64,000 nucleotides of DNA from contig OX597817.1 of assembly GCA_951406725.2 (NCBI GenBank), positions 142,476,001 to 142,540,000 on the forward strand. Direction: 5' to 3'. Position 1 is the stretch's first letter. Each line of letters begins with the position of its first letter. The notes under the pieces were generated by a model that saw nothing but the letters and a program-made list of their open reading frames with translations, made no database searches and was not told where the DNA came from. This DNA comes from Octopus vulgaris. Lineage: Eukaryota. Shown here piece by piece: positions 53,856 to 64,000 of this stretch. The translations under genes and the position numbers were made by a program.

Positions 53856-54919
53856 TATATACGCGCACACAAACACGTACACATAAGTACACACATGCAC
53901 GCACTCAAACGTGTATTTCCCTATACGTGGCCTGTGATCTGCCGTGTACTTTCGTTTGTTCTTTTTTCTAAATATCTTCCTCTTTGTTCCCAATATATTA
54001 GGTTTTAGAAAGCAGTTTATTGTTTACGAGATTTCCATTGAATTAATGTAATTTCAGTTTTTGTAGTTTGACTAATACATTTTGATGACACAAAACAAAA
54101 ACGAAATCAAAAGACATGAAAAATGTTCGTAATTTGATCTAATTTTTCATTATTTAATTTGTTAAACTCTTGTTTAAAGTAAAATTTTATTTCATTTTAT
54201 TTTATCTACTTCGTATTCAATAATATATTTACGCATTCGTTTATTTATTAGCTTGCTTTATTCGTTGTAATTCACTGAAATATATAGTTTGACGTAACAG
54301 AATCATTATTCAAACATGGAATCTCAGGAAAGAAAATATACGAGACGAGATGCTTTCTAGCAAATCATACGCAGCACATTTCAGTTACATAACAGGCAAA
54401 GAATATTAACAACACATGTTTGTTAAACATCCATTGTGTTTCAAACAGTAACCCCGTGTATCTGCGATTCTGAACCCTTTTAATATCAGAGCCGGACCCA
54501 AAAACCTAGATTTTTTTTTTAGGATGTTGCACTAAAATAAATAGAACATGAGTAATTAGAGAAAAATTTATATTTCTAGAGGGAGAACTGTCGCGGGTCG
54601 CGGGAAGGATGCTTGAGGATCGCATGCAGCCCTGGAAGCACTTCTGTATCTCGTAGCTAAACCTGGTAGAAATATAGTAGCAAAATTTCCCACAAATTAT
54701 GCCCTTTGCACTCTTGAAAAGTGAGTGACAGTTTGAGTAAAGTCAATGCAGATAGACAATGCCCCCCATCACACAAAACACACACACACACACCGGAAAA
54801 TTAGTGGTTGGTGTGTTTGCATGAAATGTTTTCTTACTCGCCGATGCTTTGGGTTTAAGCAACGACACAACAATAAGGAACGGCTCCTCTATGCGACCGT
54901 CCAATTTTTGCGAAACAAA

Positions 54920-54969
54920 ACCGGGGACGTAAACACACCACCGTTGGTTGTCAAGCGATGTTGAGGGGA

Positions 54970-55030
<61 letters not shown>

Positions 55031-55182
55031 TTAAGTTTCCGTCTACCAAATCCACTCACAAGGCTTTGGTCGGCCCGAAGTTATACGAGAAGACATTTTC
55101 CAAAGGTGCCACGCAGTGGGAATGAACCCGGAACCATGTGGTTGGTAAGCAAGCTACTTACCACACAGCCACTTCTGCGCCT
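54920..55182 (-). mobile_element. SINE family A, 5' two-thirds
   Basis: Head and CORE-like segment. Confidence 0.85.
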
Positions 55183-56102
55183 ATAACGTCTCCTAATGAT
55201 TTAATTTGGTTCCTGGTTCTCGAAACTCTAAAACTCCATACCATCTCTGCCAAACCTACCTGACACTCACCATTATGACTAATTCTCTAAGATACGCATA
55301 AAAACTTTCACGAGACTTTCCTTCCAATAAATTTTCTTGTATGGAATTCCGCTTCTGCCGAAGGTGGGAGAAAGATAGCGGCTGATTAAATCAATTTTGT
55401 TCTGTACAGGTGTCGTCACAAAGGTACAGATTTGATGTAACAGGATATAGAACCGATAAAAAAGTAAAGAATTCTGTGAGCGCGTGTGTGTCTGTGCATG
55501 TGTGTGTGTGCGCGCGCGTGTTCGTGTGTGTGTGCATGAAGAGAGAAAGTCTCCAATGCGATATCTTCGCTCACACCGTTTACCCGGATGTTAACTAAAA
55601 GTAGTCATGTAAACTGGAATTGTAATTACAATCTCGCTGACAACGATGACTCCAAGAGGATGTGTGTACATTGTGTATTTATATTGATTCATCGCATAAT
55701 TGCTTTACTAAATTTTTATGTCTCTTTTATTGCGAGTCGCTATCGAAAATATGCGGGTTTGTATGGCAGGGTGGGTGTGTGGACGCGTATAAGTAAGTAT
55801 GCGAAAGTAGGTAAATATATATGTAGTTGTATACAAACACGTATATATGTTAATATTTAGAATATATTTATATATAGCAACATATCTATCTACGTAAAGG
55901 TGTAGAATATATGTATATACATAACATATACATACGTGTGTTTCTGTGTGTCTTACATGTGTATGCAAACGTCTATAGCCGACTTGTATAATATATGTAT
56001 TATAAATCAGACATCTTAAATACATTTTAAATACAAATATACACATGTACGTATATATTTATATATTTATACATACATAGACACACACACACCACATACA
56101 CA

Positions 56103-56224
<122 letters not shown>

Positions 56225-56488
56225 GACATACGTATTACATATATACATATATATATATGTATCCATTTATGTGTCTATTCTCATATATTCATATGCACAT
56301 AATACACACACACATATGAACATATATGTACGCATGTGCATATATATGTGTGTAAGTGTGTTTGTATATCTGTCCGTCTGTGCGTATACGTACATATATG
56401 TATAGGCATATACACATATGCATACGTACGTATATATGTGCTATATATATGCATGTGTGTATATATATATATATATGTATATAATATA

Positions 56489-56536
<48 letters not shown>

Positions 56537-57115
56537 GCTATGGAATATTCTGTTAAGAACATAGTAGAGTACAGTATAGAATTCGCCCACCTTCATATAA
56601 CCCCCGGTGTTATGCAATAGATGTGTTAAACATACTTCCAGCCTTACGTAAGGGTTTTCTGTCGTGTGTGGAGAGATAACTGAAAGAATTGGAGTTAACA
56701 AGAAGGGGGATGTTTGGACATGAATTTTTTTGTAACTACAATTGTTTCAACGCAACGTAAATCTCTAGGTGTGCACGTACTAGATTATGTATCTCTGTCC
56801 TTGCATTAGGCGATCTAGTTGTGTTTCCTCAGGCGATATGTAAATATTGGCTCCATAAGCTTAAAATCCTCGGCTTCAAAAACATCCTGTCTGTTTGTCG
56901 TAGCCTGAATTTAGTAGGGATTATAAAATAAACGTCCAACTGCAACCCTTCTGATATTTGGCATATGGTGCACCTCTGCAGGTAATGTCGATTTGACGGG
57001 GGGAGTGAGCTTATGTATACACAAATGTTTGATCAACATAAACAAATCATCTGCGTGGTTGTTCGGTAACAAACTGCCGAACAATCATACGTCGTGTAAC
57101 GACCGGGGAGTCCCT

Positions 57116-57217
<102 letters not shown>

Positions 57218-57331
57218 TTAAATAATGAGGTTAGAAATTAATATTAATTATTAGTATTAATTTAAAACAGTGGCCTAGTATACTTAGAAAATGCCCGAAG
57301 ACTATAAAATATATTATATATACAAATAAGA

Positions 57332-57491
57332 GGAATAGCCACCAAAGTGGATTGCTAATATGCTCTCCTTTCATTTGGCTTGCTCGTATACATTCTAGCG
57401 TTTGCTAAAATATTTGAGAACATATTCTTCGTGGTAAGGTGATTTGGTGTCTTCTTCTAGCATGTTAGGAATCCACCTTGTTGGCTATTCC
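57332..57491. repeat. 33-bp imperfect inverted repeat flanking a 94-bp spacer, between (TA)n tracts
   Basis: ggaatagccaccaaagtggattgctaatatgct (57332-57364) against the reverse complement of 57459-57491, 4 mismatches. Confidence 0.8.
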
Positions 57492-57492
57492 C

Positions 57493-57555
<63 letters not shown>

Positions 57556-57643
57556 TTATTTTAAATTAAATATTTTATTTTAAATTAACGATCTTATCCT
57601 TATTTATATAAATTTATATATATATATATATATATTATTTATA

Positions 57644-57942
57644 TCTTTATATATAAAAGTGAAGTTGTGTGTCTGTCTCCTACGATTTAGATTCCTAACT
57701 ACTCCCACATTTATCGGTGCAGTTTAACCAAAAGCGGGTATCTTATAGTCGTGATTCATATCAATCCCTTCTGGGTATTAGCGCGCGTCTACGATGAGTC
57801 TACGATTTAAAAAAAAATTACCATAATTTTTTCCCATTTTTAATGCATTTTCGCTCGGTTTATATAAGGGAAGTAACTCTCTATAAATGCTTATGTAGTT
57901 ATTTCTCTTACAAACCCGAGCAACGCCGGGCGGTACTGCTAG
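57644..57942 (+). mobile_element. Non-autonomous Helitron
   Basis: A|TC start, subterminal hairpin cccgagcaacgccggg, CTAG|T end, no target-site duplication. Confidence 0.85.
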
Positions 57943-57998
57943 TTATATATATATGTATATATATATATATTATTCATATTATATATATGCATATATAC

Positions 57999-58070
<72 letters not shown>

Positions 58071-58741
58071 CAGCCTATTGCATAGCTTTTAGTCTATTGT
58101 TTTCGAGTCTACACCAGTTATATTGGACCAGTGTTGAAGTTGTATAACTAGAATGCATTGCTTATTTAGATCATTAAGTGTTTTAACAATAAACTCTCAG
58201 CTGAAGCTTGCTTTTTTTTTACCCTCTGTTTTTCAGCTCTTGTTTCTTTCTTTATTATTTTTTTTATTTTTCCTTTCTGTTTCAAGTCTAAACTTATCCT
58301 CTGTGTTTGCATCGCTGGAAATCAATGAATTACCTTTCATTTTCTCACTCTCCTTGTAATAATAGAAGCTGTTGTAGATGCAAGTCTTGTGGCCCATGTT
58401 GCGTTACGATCTGTTGAATTCAATGCAAGTACAATGCAACAACAACAACAACAACAACAACAATAACAGCAGCAACAGCAGCAACAGCAGCAGCAGCTGC
58501 AGAGAGTGCGAGAGTAAAGATTACTACTACTAATACAACTGTTAATGCTACTTGTATATGTCATGTAAACGGCGCCTCTGTGTAGTCGTTCAGTCTGCTT
58601 GAAATAGCAGTCACCATCTACTTAGAACAGCCTATAGTGCATTCAAGAAAACTTTGGATAATGTAATCCGAATTCTAAAATCTCTGTGAAACAAAGGTGA
58701 GATGGTCACAACTGGAATGCACTTAGCATAGGTCTGTAAGA

Positions 58742-58797
<56 letters not shown>

Positions 58798-58829
58798 TAC
58801 TACTACCACTAAATGATGAGTATTTAGCT

Positions 58830-59040
58830 TTCTTTTACTCTCTTTTGTTTCTGTCATTTGACTGTGGCCATGCTGGAGCACCGCCTTTAGTCGAGTAAAT
58901 CGACTCCAGGACTTATTGTTTGTAAGCCTACTACTTATTTTATCGGACGATTTGGCCGAACCGCTAAGTTACGGGGACGTAAGCACACTAGAATCGGGTG
59001 TCAAGCGATGTTGGTGGGACAAACACAGACACACAAACAT
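58830..59040 (-). mobile_element. SINE family A, 3' half
   Basis: Family tail and central segment. Confidence 0.85.
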
Positions 59041-59074
59041 ATAAACACATACATACATATATGTATATATATAC

Positions 59075-59185
<111 letters not shown>

Positions 59186-59217
59186 CATATATATACATAT
59201 ATATATATATACATATA

Positions 59218-59266
<49 letters not shown>

Positions 59267-59317
59267 TTATCTAGTTTCAGCTCACGAGCTGTGGGCATGC
59301 TGGGGCCATATATATAT

Positions 59318-59482
59318 AGCACACCGGGTGAAATGCTTTACGTTCTGAGTTCAAAATCCGTCGAGGTCGTCTTTGCCTTTCATCCTTTCGGAGTCGATAA
59401 ATTCAATACCAGTTGCGTACAGGGGTCGATCTAATCGACTGACCCCTCCCCCAAATTTCGGGCCTTGTGCCTAGAGTAGAAA
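59318..59482 (+). mobile_element. SINE family B, partial
   Basis: Central domain and second tail type. Confidence 0.8.
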
Positions 59483-59729
59483 ATTAAATAAAAATTAAAT
59501 AATTATAAAAGGCATTAGTAATTTTGGCACAAAACCAACAATTTTGCCTTAGTCGCAAAATACCTCTGAGCAGGACGCCACTCGGCCACCAATTTTGTGA
59601 GACAGCCATTCGATGACATCGAAACTAGCACTCGAATGGTACTGTATTTCATCGACACAGAAAAAAAGATGAGAGGCGAAGTTGATCTCTAAGAACGTAA
59701 AGAACCCGGAAAACTGTCGCTAAGAACGT

Positions 59730-60045
59730 ACTCTTTGTAAGCCTAGTACTTATTCTATCGGCTCGTTTGTCGAATCGCTAAGTTTCGGGAACATAAACAT
59801 ACCAGCATCTGTTGTCAAGCGATGGTGGGGGGACAAACAAGACACACAAATACACACACACATACACACACACACACACATACACACACACACACACACA
59901 AACATATGCATATACGACTGGCTTCCTACAGTTTGCGTCTACCAAATCCACTCTCAAGGCCTTGGTCGACCCGAGGCTATCGTAGAAGACACTTGTTCAA
60001 CGTGCCACGCAGTGGGACTGAACCCGGAACTATGTACTTGGGAAG
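59730..60045 (-). mobile_element. SINE family A, partial
   Basis: Central segment and part of the head. Confidence 0.8.
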
Positions 60046-60597
60046 AAATCCAGCTCGACCACTTCAGCCATCTTACCGATTAATCATGATAATTATTATA
60101 ACAAAACAGATTAGAATAATTGCGTTAAGTCAAATTAAAAAACTGTGGAAAATTCACAAGAAAGGCAAATGTCATTTTAAATAAAGGAACGGAGGGCTGG
60201 AGATTCTGCAGAATTGCAAATATTTTGAAATTAATAAATCAGACACAAAAAATTTTAAAAACCCGTGAGCAATGAATGTTACAGACACATTTGATTAATA
60301 CTTAATACAGAGAGCTAAATGGGAAAACAGAAACTAATTAAATAATTGAATACGCATCAATACTCTAGCTGTTCTGTCCCTTTAATAAGTTATAGCATTA
60401 ATATTCCCAACTCAAGGTGAATGGGTCAGAAAAATGGGCATAAAGAATATAAACAGAAAAATACTGATGTTATTTAGAATATACCACCCAGGGTTTGATA
60501 CGGAATTCAGCCGTAACGGAGGTTTAATACGACTAGAAAACAATAGAAAATAGTGTGACGTAACAAGCAATTGTGAAGGAAAGAGTTTGCAATGCAT

Positions 60598-60901
60598 TCT
60601 TTTATTTGTTTCAGTCTCTTTGACTGCGGCCATGCCGAAGCACCACCTGTAGTCGAACAACTGGACCCCAGGACTTTGTAAGCCAAGTAGTTATTCTATT
60701 GGGCTGTTTTGCCGAAACGCTAGGTTATGGGAACATAAACATACCAACATCTGTTGTCAAGCGATGGGGGGGGGGGGAGGCAAACACGCTCACACACACA
60801 CATATGTATGTATATACGACGGGCCTCTTTCAGTTTCCGTCTACCAAATGCACTTATAAAGCTTTGGTCGGTTCAAGGCTAAAATAGAATACACTTGTAT
60901 G

Positions 60902-60964
<63 letters not shown>

Positions 60965-61133
60965 GATAGGCTTCTTTCAGTTTCCGTCTGCCAAATCCAC
61001 TCACGAAGCTGTGGTTGGCTCGAAGCTGTGGTCGGCTCGATAGTAGAAGACAGTTGCCCAAGGTACAATGCAGTGGGATTGAACCCGGAACCATGTGGTT
61101 GCTAAGCAAGCTTCCTATCACACAGCCACGCCT
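60598..61133 (-). mobile_element. SINE family A, rearranged or two adjacent copies
   Basis: The ctttcagtttccgtctRccaaat segment appears twice (about 60825 and 60970), separated by (TA)n. Confidence 0.75.
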
Positions 61134-61244
61134 ATACATATATATATATATATATATATAAATTCAGAGGAATATGGTACTTAAGTTGAAGCACCAGAAT
61201 TTAGTACGGTATTATCCATACAATTTCAAAGTAAGGTGATTAAC

Positions 61245-61644
61245 ATCAAAATAAACAACAAGAATATCCAGAGGTAATGCAGTACCATCGTTTGTTGCAG
61301 CTCCATTTAATTGAACAATGCAATCATTACATCAATTTCAAATGCAGAGCAATCTTCAGCTGCACAAAGACATAGAATTTAATTAAATTAGAACAGATGG
61401 ACACATTAGTATAATTATACCTAAAATACAGTCTCACTCCGTTACTCTTAACTTCTTGGAGATTTTAGGTATAATTACACTAATGTGTCCATCTGTTCTA
61501 ATTTAATTAAATTCTAGGTCTTTGTGCAGCTGAAAATTGCTCTGCACTTTAAACTGATGAAATGATTACACTGTTCAATTAAATGGAGTTGCATGAAACG
61601 ATCGTACTGCATTACCTCTGAATATTCTTGTTGCTTATTTTGAT
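61245..61644. repeat. Long inverted repeat (two 183-bp arms, 34-nt spacer); each arm carries a hammerhead-like motif
   Basis: Arms 61245-61427 and 61462-61644, about 15 mismatches and no indels by eye. Motifs at 61278-61364 (-) and 61525-61611 (+). Confidence 0.92.
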
Positions 61645-61657
61645 TTATATATACGTA

Positions 61658-61710
<53 letters not shown>

Positions 61711-61728
61711 TATACACACACACAAACA

Positions 61729-61816
<88 letters not shown>

Positions 61817-62412
61817 TGAACGTATGTATGTATATATATATGTGTATGTATAAATATATATGTATATATATATATATATTTGTATATATATTATGTACAT
61901 ATATATGTATATATGTATATGTGTATATATTTATATATATATTCATATATATATATGCCTGTGTGCATCTATATATAAGTGTTTGTATGTATGTTTGTAT
62001 GGATATACATCCATATATATTTATGTATATAATGCATATATATTAAGTATGTGACTGAATAATTTTCTCCAGCAATGTGAGTTCCCATGAGGTAATATGA
62101 AAAGAATATTTACATTTCCTGAAAACCATCAGAAAAGGTTCAGTTATCTTATATGTTCTTCGCAGTGAAGTGTGGTTAAGTGTGACATGGATGCCAGTAG
62201 CGTTATGATTACAATCTGACATATTTAGATTAAAGTTTATCGAATAAGATCAACAAAGCGTTGGTCCGTTGAAATTCGTGTCCTCAAGAAATCAGTCTAA
62301 ATACGCTATGGCCACCACCTTTTCGCACTCGGTGTTAGAAGGAAAGGAGTGATTATGCAGACACAATGCTAAGAAATAAGGAACGACTACAAAATATTAC
62401 TAGTTTCGATAA

Positions 62413-62635
62413 TTTCTTTACTACCGACAAGGGGCGAAACACAGAGGAGACAAACAAGGACAGACAGACGGATTAAGTCGATTGTATCAACCCCAGTGCG
62501 TAACTGGTACTTATTTAATCGACCCCGAAAGGATGAAAGGCAAAGTCAACCTCGGCGGAATTTGAACTCAACGTAACGGCAGACAAAATACCGCTAAGCA
62601 TTTCGCCCGGCGTGCTAGCGATTTTGCCAGCTTAC
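62413..62635 (-). mobile_element. SINE family B, near full length
   Basis: Head, central domain and first tail type. Confidence 0.85.
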
Positions 62636-63787
62636 CAAGTATATTGGAAGTTCCTAAACAAATATTGTGTTACACCGCTAAACGTCGTGGCTGTTTAAGT
62701 AAAGAGATCGTGGATGGTTAACGCGTTCGATGTGGCGCTTAAATATGCATATACACTCTTCACCATTTCTTCTATATTAGGTCGCATTGTGTACATAGAC
62801 GTATTCTTATACAAAATGTAAGTTTCAGCGTTGACTCTGAATTATTTAGAAAAATCTGTAGAGATAACTTAAGAGTCATTGACTCGCACTGCTAACACAA
62901 TCAGTAGGACACTTGTGTCTTTATGTGTTTGTGTGTGAACTAATATTCTTTTATATCCATGAGTTTAAGATTCCGGCCAATTCTTTCTGGTAGAAAATAC
63001 ACATCTGCAAAATACTTATTCAAGATAAAATTACTTTTGGCGGAAGAATTACAGAATCGACGACCACAAATAAAATTATCTCAGAAAGGAATCCTTAAAA
63101 TTCTCATCATCTTATAAATCTCAAAAGAAATAACCATCCATTCGTTGGAATTGGAGGCACCGAGGATGACCATATAAGGAATTCTATTACAGATATATAT
63201 ATACTATTAACGACAGGCAATTCATGAATATATTTACTAAATTCTAACGTAACTTAGTATGTTAACGTCGGTGTTATGCTGGAGCTAGAAATATAATATG
63301 AAATGGAACGACATCGTTTCCATTAAATGTCTCCGTTGGGAAAGGCCAAGGTATCAGTCATGAATATTTATTTATTCCAATTTCCCAGGTGGGGTACCTA
63401 CACGCATACATACGACAATAAGTGAACGTTTTCTCTGAATCACATCGACTATTTTCAGGGAATTAATATTAATTGTATAACAGATAAAATTCTTGTGCTA
63501 ATATCTCGAGACTGTCGCTACTTGGCATATAACGTTTCCAGTAAAACTACATCAGCGCCACCGTTGTTGTTGATGCTGTCGTTATTGCTATTGACGTTGG
63601 TGTTGTGTCAAGGCAGCTTAATTCTAATTAAGCTTATATATGGGATACAGGTAATCAGCCAAACGATTAAATATTATCCCCAAGCCTGTTGTTTCAGATA
63701 TGCTGTGCCTGAAACTAAACCGCAGACGAAAATTGGTTTGGAGAATCCGATAAAGCGCAGTGTGGTTTGACAAATATAGGTATACAC

Positions 63788-63937
63788 AGGCACAGGCGAT
63801 GCTGTGGGGGTAAAAAAAGAATACTTTGCAGCCACAAGATTTCGGGTTCAGTCCCACTGCGAGGCACCTTGCGCAAGTTTTTGTACAATAGACTCAGGCC
63901 GATCAAAGCCCTGTAACCGGATTTGGTAGACAGAGAC

Positions 63938-63940
<3 letters not shown>
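63788..63940 (+). mobile_element. SINE family A, 5' half
   Basis: gggttcagtcccactgcgaggcaccttgcgcaagt...ggatttggtagacag. Confidence 0.75.
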
Positions 63941-63991
<51 letters not shown>

Positions 63992-64000
63992 AGCGCGCAC

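Overview
AT-rich, microsatellite-saturated eukaryotic DNA, intergenic or deep-intronic. The SINE families and repeat landscape look like an octopus (cephalopod) genome, which is an inference from repeat content. I can support no cellular protein-coding gene. Almost all ORF-track hits are translations of (TA)n, (CA)n, (TATG)n, (GATA)n, (TAA)n or (GTG)n repeats. Recognisable content: (1) a young, 5'-truncated Penelope-like retroelement (RT + GIY-YIG, uninterrupted ORF, minus strand) inserted into the internal (TA)n tract of a SINE; (2) a 5'-truncated Tx1/L1-type LINE inside a (GATA)n tract, plus an older relative; (3) R4/Dong-type 3' ends at (TAA)n tracts; (4) mariner remnants, two non-autonomous Helitrons, a MITE-like element and dozens of tRNA-derived SINEs from three or four modular families. 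The most interesting layer is at the RNA level. There are three distinct classes of type I hammerhead-ribozyme motif: a family with a non-canonical CUGUNGA core, a near-canonical solo mini-element, and a long-stem-II class that also forms a 400-bp fold-back. There are also long imperfect hairpins, and one SINE family shares its 3' tail with the Tx1-like LINE. All alignments and folds were done by eye, so coordinates of degenerate repeats are approximate.
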